Positions 11,591 through 25,318 of a stretch of DNA of 64,000 nucleotides are shown in pieces; the first letter of the stretch is position 1; each line of letters starts with the position of its first letter. The notes beneath the pieces were generated by a model, which was given only the letters and a program-made list of their open reading frames with translations, was not told the DNA's origin and made no database searches. The stretch spans positions 42,718,001-42,782,000 of the forward strand of contig CM060734.1 of the NCBI GenBank assembly GCA_030704615.1. The letters are read 5' to 3'. The translations under genes were made by a program, and so were the position numbers. This DNA is from Takakia lepidozioides (Eukaryota; Plantae; Bryophyta).

Positions 11591-14146
11591 ATGGGGGCAT
11601 CCGACTGGCACGATCTGGTGTGGCTGGCAGCAATTGCAACATGTTTGAAGGTGAAACTCGTACCCACATACCACAGTACAGACTTTGAGGTTCACCGGCA
11701 CTGGCTTGCGATAACCCACTCTCTCCCTCTCCAGAGTTGGTACAGTGACGAATCCAGTGAATGGACTCTGGATTACCCCCCTTTCTTCGCTTTCTTCGAG
11801 CGATTCCTCTCTCTATTTGCAGGCGTTGTGGACCCTCAGCTTGTTGAGCTAATCGAAGGACAAAACTACGCCAGTGATCGTGCTGTCTTATTTCAGCGGG
11901 CCATAGTTCTGGCAGCTGATGTGGTCCTCTACTGGGGTCTCTTGGAGATCTGTCGAAATTTGTCAGTTGAAAAGCGTAGGCTGGTTTATGTGGCTGTGAT
12001 ATTCTCACCAGGACGGGAGAAACTCGGAACTCAAATACGTCGAGTAGCATCAAACAGTTTTGGCATCGGTGGCCTCAGAATGGGGTTGCAGGGCCAGTGT
12101 ACTTTGTGTATCTGCTAAGGCATTACTGCAGGGGCCCAATGAAGATTTCAAGGTTTCTCAGACTGGCAGGGGCTGTTCTTGGTATTGTGGCAATTGCATT
12201 TGGGCCATTTGCCTATTATGGTCAGGTGATTATCCGCGTTTTGCTTGCACTGTCACAATCAGTTCTTGATTCACCTTCAGAACCTTTAAACAATATACAT
12301 GGTGTGTATGGTAGTGCAGTGGAGTAAGAGTATCAATTGGCTCAGGGATGTGAAGAGCTCAGTATGCCTAGTTCAGAGATTGTACTGAGGCTCAAGCACA
12401 CTGTACAATAGCCAACATTAGAAGATGCAGTGTGGTCTATGGCACCATCTCCATACCTGCTTCCTACCTACATTGATTGGGCCAATGTCTAGATTGCAAA
12501 GCAAGAAAGGCTTGCTCACTTACTCTTGCATTTGGACTTACAGAGTAGCAAGCTCACTAGTGTGATCTGATTTGGTGTAGGTTGTGTTGTCCATGTGTCT
12601 GCCGTTCATGGGTCACGCCAGATTGGCCAAGTGATGAAGCGGCTCTTCCCTTTCGGAAGGGGTCTCTGCCATGCTTACTGGGCCCCTAACCTCTGGGCTC
12701 TGTACAATGCGGCGGATAAATTGATCGCATTTTTGCATGACAAGAGGTCTGGTAGGCGATTTCACTCCATGTGCAGTGCTCCCACAGGTTAGTGCCTTGC
12801 TGTGAATCCTCTTCACTCACAGTTCTTCTACCATATTGTTGCATGCATGGTGCTCAATATACCAATCAAGAATCATTGACGTCCTTTCTGTAGTGATCCT
12901 TCGGGGATGGGTGTAGCAAGAGGGGAGACGCACAGGGTGCAAACTGGTCTCTAACACATGGGCTGTTTACACTGCATGTTCTGAGCTGCAGGCTCCAATT
13001 TGGTCTAACTAAGCTGTTTAGCCTTGTGTCCAGTCTTGTGTCCAGTGCATCTGCTTTAAGTCTTCATGGGCGCTCAGGTGGAGATGATGGAAGCTGACAT
13101 GATGTAAGCGGCTTGTGTCACTGTGCTCCAGATCACACCATCGGTATCAGCAGGTCTGGTCCTATTCTCAATGCTGCCATGTCTTGTGCAAATCTGGAGA
13201 CGGCCAAGGCAGGGAAGCATCATTGGATTTGTAGCATACGCATATGCTTGCGGGTTTATGTATGGATGGCATGTCCATGAGAAGGCATCCCTTCACATCG
13301 TCATCCCTTTGAGCCTTGTTGCAGTCGAGAGTCTGGAAGATGCCAAGAGGCAGAGTTCATGTTTCTACTTGTCTGGCAAACTGATTTCCCAGGCTTACTT
13401 TGAAAATTAGAATGACCTGCTCCTGCGACAGAGATCCACAAGGAATAGAACATCTCTGTGGATGATTTCAGGGTGCTGGTTACAGGAGTCTGAAAGAGAA
13501 TTTTTGAATAGCATTCTAGAGACCAGTTATTCTATCAGTCTGTCTGCATACTTCTCGGACTTGACCTGGCTCCTCTCTTGGCCCCGGGGGCAGGGGATCC
13601 AACTCTTTTTACAGTTCCGTGTCATGCTGAGCCTCAATACTGGTTTGTTCACCAGATCAACTTCATATCGTGCCCAACTAACACTATTCTCTGATCTGTA
13701 CTGCAGTTTCATACTACTCGCTCTTCCCCCTCCTTTTTGAAACAAAAGAGTACCCCATCAAAGTTGTCCTTCTTCTGCTACATACTTTGCTGTTGTGGGT
13801 CAGCTTCTCAGCAAGTTTCTGCATCTCTGGCCGACAGGCCACAAAGGAGCCTGACGAAAACAGGAGAGCTGATCACAGTCCTCAGAAAAGTATGGATCCA
13901 GCTGCCAACCTTCATCATGGGGCAGAAGTGAAGAGAGACACCAAAAGAGAAGGGGAGCTGCTAGGGAGATGTAAGCAAACATACCTAGTGGGTCTAATAT
14001 TTATAGAAGTCTATGGTCAGTTTTTGCACCCATTTCTGCTCAGAGGTAGGCTTCCCTTTCTTCCCTTGATGCTTATTTCAGTGTACTGTGGGTTAGGGAT
14101 GCTGTACTTCTGGGCAGGTCAATTGTTTCACATTATTTTTCACTAG
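11591..14146 (+). pseudogene. ALG8: Dolichyl-P-Glc:Glc1Man9GlcNAc2-PP-Dol alpha-1,3-glucosyltransferase (ALG8), multi-exon, probably damaged
   Basis: Motifs [75 protein letters not shown] and LPFLPLMLISVYC. The segment with DHIHFQYNG...FKH is missing at about 12014-12084 and the frame is broken there. Confidence 0.85.
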
Positions 14147-14369
14147 AGCTGTTGTTTTTTGGAGAGCAGTGTGTAGACCCCAGTTCAAGGATTTTGTTTC
14201 CAAATTCTCAAACAGAATGAGAAGGGGCAGATGCTTTCGAACAGAACATAGTTCCTCAACAGGTTTGGTCATTGGTCATTTGTTCATTCTACCAAGAAAG
14301 CATCATCCCCTGTGGGAAGGACACTTTAAACTTTGAATCTTCATCTGTGTCAATGAGACCATCGGTGGT

Positions 14370-15000
14370 AAAACCCCTGCTTTGGTTCTTTTTGGGCTCA
14401 TCAGTAGATCTGTCTCCTCCTTGGACTTGCCTGTTGGGTTTCAATGTCTTGTTTTAAATGCATGTCTTACCCCAGAAAAGAAAATTCAATCGTCACTGAG
14501 GTGACATATTAATCAATCTTTCTCTCTATCCTCAACCACGGCTCATATGTACACACGTCTACTCCAACTGAAAGAGTAGGGCCCTAATCTGTGCCCTAAT
14601 CTGTGCCTGTGGGTGTCTCGGCTCCCCTCTTACTCCCGGTTTCTCTTATTTGTTTGCGCCCTAGAGAATTCTAAGTTTACATAGTATTTGCACTCTATTT
14701 CTCTTTTGCTTCTATCTGGTCTTGGATGTGCAAGCCTTGCAGTTGAGTGATTGTGAGTACAGTTCAGCAAGGTGCAAGCTGTTTCTTCGTGTTTTTGTCT
14801 TTTGGTTTCATTAGTAGATCTGTCTTTTCTCCTCAGACTTGCCTGCTGGATTTCTGTCTTGTTTTAAATGCATGTCCTTATCCCAGAAAATTCTAGAGTC
14901 ACTGCCTCAGTCATGGGCCATGGCTCATAAGTACGACTACAAGACTAGGCCCTAATCTGTGTGTGTCTCTGCTCTCCTCTCACTCTCTGTTTCTCTTCTT
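14370..15000. repeat. Diverged local duplication downstream of ALG8; part of the unit recurs at about 10545-10615
   Basis: The blocks 'agtagatctgtct...tttaaatgcatgtc...cccagaaaa' and 'ggccctaatct...gctcccctcttactc' each occur 2-3 times. Confidence 0.6.
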
Positions 15001-15439
15001 AGTTCATAGCCACATATGTGAATATTGGGTGTCCCATTATAGCCAACTTAGCTGTAAAGGTGAACACTAGTGTGAATACTTGGGGTTTAGTGCACTCCAC
15101 ATTATGGTGATAATTGCAAAAGTTAGCAAGGTGTTGGATTGGCAAGCAATGTGAATTCTCCCCATCACGAATAAGCCAGAACTAGGCATAGAACGAGTTG
15201 CATATAGCAATAGAAGATTTAATAGTTTATCTTTATATTTTAATCATTTAAGTTATTTTTAGTATTCATCTTTTTAGTCATAACCTAAATTAGAATCATT
15301 AGAAGTTATATTACTGTACGAATTAAATGAACACATGTTTATTATTTAAAAAAATAAAAATAAAATTTAAAATTTAACTTTTATACAACACAATGCTCTT
15401 AAACATGTAACTGGTCGCAGGCTCTGCGGAGCCTGCGGA

Positions 15440-16450
15440 AAAAAACTTACTTAGATGACATTGGACACTTGGGCCAACAGTAGGGGCTACCTTAGAGGTC
15501 GCATTTGGGCCTCGACATACTTTGATACATAGGGGATTGCACTTGGACTTAGATGACACTGGACACATGGGCCAACGGCACAGGCTACCCTAGAGGTCGC
15601 ATTTGGGCCTCGACATAGGAGATGCACTTTGATACATACTTGGACTTAGATGACACTCGACACTTGGGCCAATGGCACAGGTTACCCTAGAGGTCGCACT
15701 GGGGCCTCAACATAGGAGACATAGGAGACGCACTTGGATACATAGGAGATTGCACTTGGACTTAGATTTTAATTCTTCACACATGGGCCAACGGCGTAGG
15801 CTACAGTAGAGGTCGCACTTGGGCCTCAACGCATTGGAAACATAAGAAATTGCACTTGGTCTTAGATTTCCAATTCTCACACTTGGACTTAGATGACACT
15901 TGACACTTGAGCCCACGACACATGCTACCCTAGAGTTCGAATTTGGGCCTCTACATAGGACATAGGAGACGCATTGGGATACATCGAGGATTTTACACTT
16001 GGACTTAGTTGACACGTGACACTAGGGCCAAAGGCACAAGCTACCCTAGTGCAATATATGAAGCGCGACGTTTGTTTTGTTTTGTCACATTGAGATGTCC
16101 CAATCCGCAGGGGCCTGGCGCTGGTGCTTGGTACCGTTGGAAAGCCCTCGACAAGGAGGGGTGCACGGGCTTGGTCTCATGATTTTTGGACCTGCGGTGT
16201 GGGAGATGTGGAATTCCAAGTACTTTTGGTCGCTGAAAATTCACAAAAGATAGAAAAAATGGCGAAGTGGGCATTCCTGGGACAATGGTTGGAGCCTCCA
16301 CATGAGAGAGAGATATAAAGGGAAAGGTCTCTGGTTCAAATCTGGTCATAGGCTCTATGGAAAAAAAAAAACTTACTTAGATGACATTGGACACTTGGGC
16401 AAAGGCTACCCTAGAGGTTGCATTTGGGCCTGGACATACTTGGATAGGGA
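15440..16450. repeat. Minisatellite of about 95-120 bp units, possibly Helitron-associated
   Basis: About 7 copies of acttggacttagatgacac...gggcca..ggcacaggctaccctagaggtcgca.ttgggcctc. The main array ends ...ctaccCTAG-T at about 16050. Confidence 0.7.
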
Positions 16451-17214
16451 AAGGTCTACGGTTCAAATCTGGAAAAATATGTTAAGGTTTATCTTCTTGG
16501 TCATGGTTGACCGATTTGTTTTCTCGATCTATGAAATCCTTAGAGCGGCTTAGAACGGCTCTAAGATCCTTACAACGAACGTAAATAGCAATTTAGTTTT
16601 TTCTATTTTTTCAATTTAAGAGATCCTTACATTGGCTTTAAGGGATCATTAGAATAAATGTAAAAAATATGTTATGGTTTTTCTTCTTGGTCATGGTTGA
16701 CTGTTGAGGCCGTATGGCACCCTTTGAGACTCTTCTTCCCCTTCAATAATTCAACTATTAACAATATAGTTATTTGGCTAAAAATAATGTGATTTTTTGG
16801 CTAAACTATATTATGGTTTAGCCAGAACTTGTCGACGTGGCCTTCCGTCTTGCCGAGAAACAAAAACTTGGCACTAGCTGGTATCACTCAGAGGATTTCA
16901 GAGCAGCACTTGTGGTTGCAGGCTCATAAAGAGAGAAATGAAATGGTGCTTTATATCGTCCGGAAGCTCATAGAGCTTATGGGACAAAATGGAAGAAAAC
17001 ATGAGGGAGGAAACAAAAATAACTAGCATTTTCAACAGTGCACATACAACATTATTTTGCGAGTTTGCTCATTCAAGAGGAACCGTACATATTGGATTGA
17101 ATGTGGGCAGTTTGGTTGATAGTAACTTAAAAGCCCTCCGGCCGGATATAACAAATCTCTTTCATTCACGCAGCTTATTCTACAATCGAGAGAGAAGGCA
17201 GTAGACAGACTTGC

Positions 17215-17305
17215 CGGGGCCCCCTGCAGCCACACCAGCACTGGCACAGCGGTGGTGTTTGCTACTTTGGTGTTGCTGTGATAGAACCACCACAACATGT
17301 GTGCC
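17215..17305 (-). pseudogene. Orphan exon of a serine carboxypeptidase-like gene
   Basis: (G)AHMLWWFY...PVLVWLQG(G)P, flanked by an AG acceptor and a GC donor. One base is missing in the GGP codons. Confidence 0.55.
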
Positions 17306-18407
17306 CTATTGATCAGCAGCTCAGCTCCACCTCTCCAAAAACAAGTAGATAGAGGAGAGGACGCACTAGGAACAAGAGATGAGACACTCTGGACAGAAGG
17401 ACACGGATATCACACTGTCACAAATGAAGGGATTTGAAGCACGCACAGGCAACACACAGAAAGGTCTTTTGCTTTTGATTTTCCTGGGGGATCTGCAAAT
17501 GAAGATTGCCACACTGAAGGGAACTACAAGAGCCATACCCCAACGACTGACATAGCCCAGAATGTAATTTGTACTTGGGGCTTAGCCTCAAGATTTCAGG
17601 ACATTTATGGGTTCATAGATTGCAAGGACTTAATCTGATAGCTGTGCATAGGCACCTTAATCTTCTCAAATCCTCGACCAAAAAAGGACACTGAACTTCA
17701 CGAACTAGCGAGTCCCATGCTTGGTCGTAATCCCCATGTGCAATGCAAACCGAGCAATTTTTACAAGTTGGGTTTTTATGGTGGAGTGAGTTCAGTTAGA
17801 AGACCTGCCTTTCGTCTCTAATTGCATGGTCATTGTCTCCATAGTGCTCACACTAAAGTCTCAAACGGTCACATGGACACCACACTTCAAACAACAGAAT
17901 TAAAATCACATTTTATCCTACATACAGGCAAAGTTTCAGGTACGCGTGTAGTACAATCGTCTTCCTCTTTCTCTCTCTTTCTCTCTTACTATGAGATCCA
18001 TGGGAGATTCCACTGTCTATTCGTGGAACCCAATCTCTCACTGAACTCATAGTCATAGTCTGAACTCATAGTCTTTCACTATGAAGATCAGAAATGCCTG
18101 GCAGCTTACCTGCACGAGGCACTCACCCTTAGACAATCACTCGAACAATAGTTTTTATCTCCGATCACGTTTCCACAAACAAAACAAGTACGGAGATTTC
18201 TGAAGGCAATGCATGTAAGAGATTATCGCTGATCGATTATCTCACCCATGACTGTAAAAAAGGTTTCAACTTTAATGGGACTGTAGAATACAATTTGACA
18301 TATAATTTATACATACAGCAACTTTGCTGTGAAGATTCTACAGTAACTTGACCTCCCATGATGCATAGAACTGCTGATCAAGTATGTACAGTTCCACAAT
18401 GAGCCAA

Positions 18408-19269
18408 CTAGTTAGCAAAATCATTGTGCATGAGCTCGCGTGTGTACAATCCAGTATGATTCGGTGTATCATACGGATCCTTATTGTTGCGCTTATGAAC
18501 TCGCACCTTCCGAAGAGATGCTTCCAACTGTGCCTCTAGCCCCTCCAGATCAGGAGGCTCCAATCCCCATAGCTCGTCGCCTGAAAGGATCCGTGAGTAT
18601 CGTTGCGACAGGTCGAGATCTTCCTCAAGCTTCTGGATTCTGTCCTCCAGCACGAGGTTTAGAGTTGTCGCATCAAGATTTCTCTCATCGATACTGGTCT
18701 CATCAAGAGCCAATGTATCTTGCTCAGCCATATCGACGCCCTCGAATTCAGCATACATGTCTATGAGGGCATTCACCAAATTGATGTCTGGTAGAATCCC
18801 TGCTTCCACAATGTCAACATGTACCTTCTTGCCCATTTTCAGGTCCCCCAGACCGGTGCACGCTTTGAGAACGAGGATAAAATCGTCGGAGCCTGGCTGC
18901 TGAAGATTGTCGTAGTGGTCCACAACGTCTTTCCATTCCGCACGCTGGTTCACGTAATTGGCCTCGTATGTGTACTCTTGATCTAACTCTTGATGCTCGC
19001 TTGGCAACTCATGATAGCATCTCATCATGGTATTTGTCACGTTCCTCCTGGGGAATCTCCGCATATCGAGCAATCACATCTTCCATACATGTATTGCAAA
19101 ACTTAATCAGGTCTCCTTCAGGGCTGAACATGATGACGGCCACATCAACATTGCAAAGAGTTGACAACTCCATCGCTTTCTTGACTAATCCTTTCGATCT
19201 CTTGAGGTAGATAGCTTTCCTACATTCAGATCTCTCTATAAGTTGCATGGGCAGCTTACGCCGACCCAT
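18408..19269 (-). pseudogene. Intronless MADS-box / PPR-fragment / K-box chimeric gene with one frameshift
   Basis: MADS domain MGRRKL...KRSKGLVKKAMELSTLCNVDVAVIMFSP (19009-19269, MIKC*-like). Then PPR motifs VLKACTGLGDLKMGKKVH...NALIDMYA and K-box-like RILSGDELWGLEPPDLEGLEAQLEASLRKVR in ORF 18408-19073. Confidence 0.8.
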
Positions 19270-20214
19270 GACCCTTTCCCGCTGTGTGATCTTCTATACG
19301 TGGATTAGAACTAGCTATACTGCTTGTCCTCCTCCTCCGTAGCAAAATAAATACCTGGGATGCACCTCTTCTTGTCAACTGGTCTCCCTCGCCTGATCGA
19401 TCTATACAGCTCCCTCCTCCGTTCCAATGGCAAGCAAAGCTCTCCTTCGCAGCCGCAGAAACAGCAATTTATACGCGCTTGTAAAGTTTTCCCGCTTGTC
19501 TCGTTTTTCTATTATTATCTTTTCTCAACTTTTGGTCTGTATTTGCTTTTGCTATTTCCGACTTCGGATTTCCTGATGCGTGCAGGAATGTCCCGGGCAG
19601 TAACCCGGGTCTTGAAATCCAGGATTGTATGGACTCCAGAGTGATAGACCTGGATTTCAGAGAGACATGCAGGGACCAATTTGATTATATCACTTTCTCC
19701 CACAAGAGTTTCAGTTATTTGGGAGCATCTCTCTTGTAATGCAGCTAAGTCTTCCTAAGCTCTGGTTTTAAGTTGGCTTGAATAGTAGAATGCTAGTTGT
19801 TGAGACTTTCTCTTTCCCCCACCCTCCGCAACAAATGGAGAGTATTGCAAGCATGTCAGGTTAGGGTATGTTTGGTTCTTGGTTGGTTTTTTCTCGCTTG
19901 TCCTAGTGCGGAAATCGGACTTTTCGATTTGAATGTGATCAAAGGGAAAATGTGAGTGACTCCAGAGTTGCAGGACGGTTAATGTGTGTGCTTGAAACCA
20001 GCGAGGGTGCCGCTGAGGTAGGCTCACAGCGATTATGTTCGTTGAGCAGATTTCACCGCTCAATTACACATCAAGTCTCTACTTACCTTGATGGAGAAAG
20101 AAAGCGAGGAATGGTTCTTTGACCGTGATTATCGACCTTCTACTGATCTGATGACAGCGGCTTCGACTCGATTCCTCTCCACTTCGGACGGGCCCGGCTT
20201 TAGCCAACAACAGT

Positions 20215-22600
20215 ATATTATCCAAGCTGTTTCCATGTTCTCTGATCTATCTTACACCGAAGCATAACGATGGTACAATAAAAAGAATCTTCAAACTGCC
20301 TCACGATCTTGCCAAGAGACTGCAGGAAGACACGGACTTCATCTCCTGTGTATCATCTCTCACCGATGGCACACTTGGATAGGCATACCACAAATTCCAA
20401 CTGCAGGCGGTAGACACAAGGGAATCAACGCATGGGATGCATACGAGCCCTGCCTTGTTGGGCTGGAACCCCGCAGCTCAGAACGTCTTCTGTAGACCAA
20501 ATCACAATCCTCTCTTGTTCGCGGTTTCAGGTTTTGATACAGTAGAAATCAGCTCACGGTGGGTGAGAAGTGAGAACGTATTGCGGCCACTACAGTACGA
20601 CATGTTTGGAAATATGTTAGAGGTGTGGGAGGTCTGTCCCTTCCGAGGGCCTTCAGAATCGTCCATTTTGCTGAATTATCCTGAAAGGATATTTTGTCAT
20701 GTTTTACCATAGGTTTGGGTTCTCTGTTCAGCAGACAGAGTTCAGTGTTGGGCACCAAAAGGGTTGACACAAGGTTCTGGTTCTTGAAAAGCAGTATCAA
20801 TTCATAACTTGCAGTAACTTATTTGCTCCTGACTTCAGATATTCACAGCATTGGAGCATAATTTTGGAAAGAGATTTTGTTACGACATGTCTGGACAGTC
20901 TTCTTGACAGAGTAACGTTATAACTTGTAACCAACCACAAGGCGACTCATTTCGACCCACCAACCAGGTAGTTAGCTGTAGCAAGTACATAGCCAAGTTG
21001 TGTCGGTATCTCACTCTCTCTTTGATGCCGCTAGATGTGATTAGCATATTTTGCAAGTAGCTTGGAAGTTGCTCAGCATGTGCTGACATGAGGAGTAGAT
21101 TGCTTGGTTGTAGCTTTTGGGTTGGATGCCAAACGGGCCATAGCAGGAACTAGAAAAATCTACCAGGCCAGAGCTGCTAGCAGGGAGTGGGACAGGCCGA
21201 AGGCAAACCCCACAAAGAAGGAAGCAAAGGAGCTCCAAAAAGAGCTGTGAAGTCTATTAAAGAAGACAGCTGCTACCAGTTGTGGTTGTTATGTAGTTTT
21301 TTCAGTTACACAGCATTGATGCAGGCTTTTTGATGGAAGGAAAAGAGGCGAGGAGGCGTTGAGCAGAGTCAGTTGCTTGCATACAAATTACAACCCGCAC
21401 ATAGTTCCTAGAAAATTTAGTAGGTACGGTGAATAGTGACTACCCTTACAGAAGGCTCCCTTGAAGGAGGACTTGCCTTTCTATGTACAGATTCCAGCTC
21501 TAAATCACCTGGGCTTTCACTGTTCTACCCACTGCATTTCCACTGGATTTATAACTGGACTGGTGGTTGGTATTTTTCTCGTCCTCAACATCTTTGTGAT
21601 GTTATTGGGCCAGCTCTATCCGGATTGATTGAATGGTGATGGCAGTATCATCTTTCTCCTTGCTTTTGGGCACAAGACTGACCAGGATGCTCGGCTCCTT
21701 CTCAAGCCCAAGCTGCTTCAGCTTTGAGCTGATGCCTACCTCGAAGGAATGATCACGGCTAGGAGTATGTTCTAGGGAATTTCCAACAGTCCGAGAGGGA
21801 TAGAAAGCGCCTGCATATTCGGTACAGCTCAAGGGTGTATGCTCATCCGCCTGGGGCAAATTTAAAAACAAGACAAACCCTACTAGTTTACCTGATGGTA
21901 TCTTTATGCCTTCAATGGCAAGGACCTCTTCTTGAAATCCTGGTTGCTTCGTGGTTTGAATGATAATGGGCACTGGCCTTGAGATGTGAGCCTGGAAAAC
22001 TGCGCCAGTAAGAGTAATGTTTCTACTATGCAAAATTTCTGGTCCTCGTGTAGCGATCAAATCACAATCCTTAGTTGTTCGCTCTGTCTGCCAGGAAGGG
22101 ACGATGAACCTTGCAAGCTTGGCTATGCCGCTCATGAGTTGCTCCCAAAACTCTGGAGCACAGTCTGAAGACACTGAAACTGAAGCTGGTTTGGTGCTCA
22201 GAGGGGTAGAATTGAACGAGAGCCAGTCATTCTCTACCTCTTCGTACTTATAGCGAAGTTTTTCCATATCAAGAGAGTCTGCTACCTGTACAAATCAGCA
22301 AGGGTCTTCACTGTCACTTGTCCATTCCAAATTTTGACGAAAGTTGTGAACTTGCACTTTGTAGACGTAGATGCACGTATTAACAGTTTCAGAGAGGGAA
22401 GGCGAGATATGAAAACCAACCTTCACACGAACAAGATCAGCGTTTTCATCGTAGAAGAGAAACTCCGTGTTGAGCCAGTCGGGGTCAGTAAAGTCGCCAC
22501 GTTGACCTCCTGGCAGGTTCTTCCAGAGATCCCAGAAACGGTCCACATTGGTGTGATGTACAAAGAAAAGGGGATCTCTTGCTGACAAATAGCATGGGCC
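20215..22600. repeat. Segmental duplication unit A (PPO 3' half plus downstream flank)
   Basis: Collinear with 26243-27231 plus 33001-34135. A third short copy of the flank lies at about 25737-25920. Confidence 0.85.
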
Positions 22601-24735
22601 CAAGTCCTCAGGCACCGGGGACCTCTCATCTCCTGCCCCCAAATGACACAGAAATCAAGTAAATCGTGGCCACTACAACCGATTGCACTATATCCTCTTA
22701 TTGTGTATCACCGTCATTGCATTTGTTACGGCCCTCAGAGGAAGAGGTTACTCTGAAAATCTAGGATCTCGAAACAAAGTGCATGGACGCCTTCCAAAGC
22801 TAACAAACAATAACTCTCCTTCCTTTAGACGTTGATTGCATGTGACGCCAAAGACTCCAACCTGACAAAAGCAGAGGATTCCAGATTACAAACTGCAGAG
22901 ATTACATTGCCTTCTATACTCGCAACTCAACTCACATTTAGCGTAGATGTTTGTTGATGAACTCGTAAACTAGGAGCAAGGAATTCACAGATGGTTTGCA
23001 GTAAACGACTGTAAGGAACCTGTCCAATAGTGGATGCTGCCATGAGGGTTAACCTCGAAGATGGTAGGGTTCACTACTGGGGCTTCGCCGCCGCGGAAGG
23101 GCTGCCCCAGAAACAGGAGCGGGAGGGAAGCGTCCACTACGGAGGTGTACACCACGTTTCTATTGATCGCCCGCTGGTCCTCCGGGCTGACCGTCGGGTC
23201 GTCAGTGCCCAGGTTAGGAGAGGTCGACAATGGCAGGGGGCTGATGAATCGGGCTGCGTTTCTCGTCGAACAGCCCGCCGTTTCGGCGGTCGACGTACAT
23301 GGAGGGGAGCACGTTGAAGGGCGGGTGGACGTCGGCCTGGTTGTCCCACTGCCAGAAGGGCAGCGCGAAGGTGTCGTCGTCCAACAGCCTCGCGAGTATG
23401 CGCTCGTGAAAGTAGACGTACCAGCGATGGAAGGGCATCGTCAGCCAGTTGGCGTGCATTTCTAACGTCTCCGTGGAGTTCACTTGTCTGAAGGAGTCGG
23501 ATCCAGTGTTAGATAATTTAAAGTCACTTGATCCCAACAAGTCGTGGCTGGTAGTGTAGCAGGGTAACCTAAATGATGTTACGTGGAGAGACGATGCATA
23601 GCCCAAATCTTCTTGAGCTGCACTTATCTTTGAAACTAACTCCTTCTTGTTAAATGAGAAGCTAACGTGCTTACAATCGAGTGCTTACAATCGAGTACGT
23701 AAAAGAGGACAGGACAGGAGAATGGGGGAGAAGCGTATTCCACCAACTCTGTGATGGTAGATCGCACAAGGAGAAAGTACGAAAGGTTTGAAGCTGAGCC
23801 CCATGAAGGAACTAAAAATATGTGCACGCGCAACCCATACATATCGAAATTTCAAAGGTATCGTATCACATGGACGTCCTTGATCTTGTGTAAGTAGCAT
23901 CTGGATTGGTGTTACCGATCAAGTGAGACGGCACGTTCACGAGTATACAAGTTCTCCTAGACGGACATCAGACAAACGAAGAAGGAAAGCCCATGACTAG
24001 GACGAGTATATTTCTACATGTATTTGAATCAGTTCATACTCTGAACGAAACAGCCAGACATTGTCAAATGAGATTTTGAGGAGTTGAACTACAATGCCAC
24101 GAGGATAGCGGGACAATGAGAGATAAGGTTCTTTCGACTTCCACATCCTTTCCATATGATGTACATCGTACTACGATTATACTAGATCAACCAGATCAGG
24201 AGATTGCGCCAACAAGAGGATAGAAGAGTGGGACTCAACACTACAATTAACTATCAGGGTCGAGACGACTGCTTCAGAGAAATGCGTTGAATAAATAGAG
24301 GACTAGGTAATGCCAGGGGGAAGTTTTAAAGATGCTCGCCTGTAAACTGAGGTACAGTAGGCACAGTGCAATTTGTGCTGACGAAGGAACGATCGGGGGT
24401 CATCATCTGGAAGTGCTTTCATCAGTTCGTATGCTCGATTGAGCTTCTCTATGTTCGCCTGATCCAGCTTGTGCGTGGGTCGCCTTACCCGCATAGGCAA
24501 GTCTGTGCTGAATTTGAAGTTGATTGCGGGTCTCTTGTTGGGCAGAAAGCAGCAGTCGTGGACGATCGTTGACAAACACAGCTTGGCAGGTGTTCAAGTC
24601 CGGGCCTAGCACCGGAGCGGCATGCACAGTGTGTAGCTTCCTACTACACCACGCCATAGACACTAGCATAATGGCCCACAACAATTTCTGTGTGCCCAAT
24701 CCACATCCTGCAGGATGCAGTCCTTCCATACCCAT
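21602..24735 (-). pseudogene. PPO: Polyphenol oxidase (catechol oxidase), 4 exons, N-terminal signal peptide, two frameshifts
   Basis: CuA HKLHCAYC...HANWLTMPFHRWYVYFHERIL; CuB HGSIHYWTG...ARDPLFFVHHTNVDRFW; DWL domain [15 protein letters not shown]; C-terminal EEVLAIEGI. Exons are about 24735-24340, 23487-23020, 22632-22421 and 22285-21602. Frameshifts lie near 24565 and 23220. Confidence 0.92.
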
Positions 24736-25318
24736 AGTTGTTGCCCACCAATCCAGAAACCAACAAAGAAATTAGCTGGACTCTGCGAGAGAGAAACCAA
24801 CTGACTTCTTATAGAGAACAATGCCTCAAGCGAAGGCTGCTCCTGAAGCTGCAAAAGCTTCGGAAACGTCCAGCGATGTTTCTGCAGCACCGTACTGTCT
24901 GCCCTTTCCGCACTTGATATTTAAGCCCTCAAAGACACAACTCATTTTTCATCCATCCGTAACTCCGTTAGATGAAGTCGGATGAATACAGTGTCAGAAC
25001 GAAAATGGTAGCGCTGCAATAACACTGCCGTCAGTAATTTTTCTCGTACGTAAAACCCTTCAGAATTTTTGGCTTTGTTAAAATTAGGGCTTCCCTGACA
25101 GGAATTCTCCTTGGCACTTGATTACAGGTTTTTGCCCCGGGACGACGGCTGTAATCCCAGATTATGAAATCTGTCCCCTGGCAGGCTGGCATATTTTATG
25201 GATCTATTATTCGTAATATTGGGCAGACGATGTTCAAACATGTGACAATGAAACCCTAGTGGCAACGCAGAGGAGAAACGGGCAATATAAAAAACGGGCA
25301 GATTCGTTTTTTGCGAAC

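Noticed and set aside
15440-16050. CRISPR-like repeat array
   Set aside because: The units are degenerate tandem repeats without unique spacers, there are no cas genes, and the context is eukaryotic.
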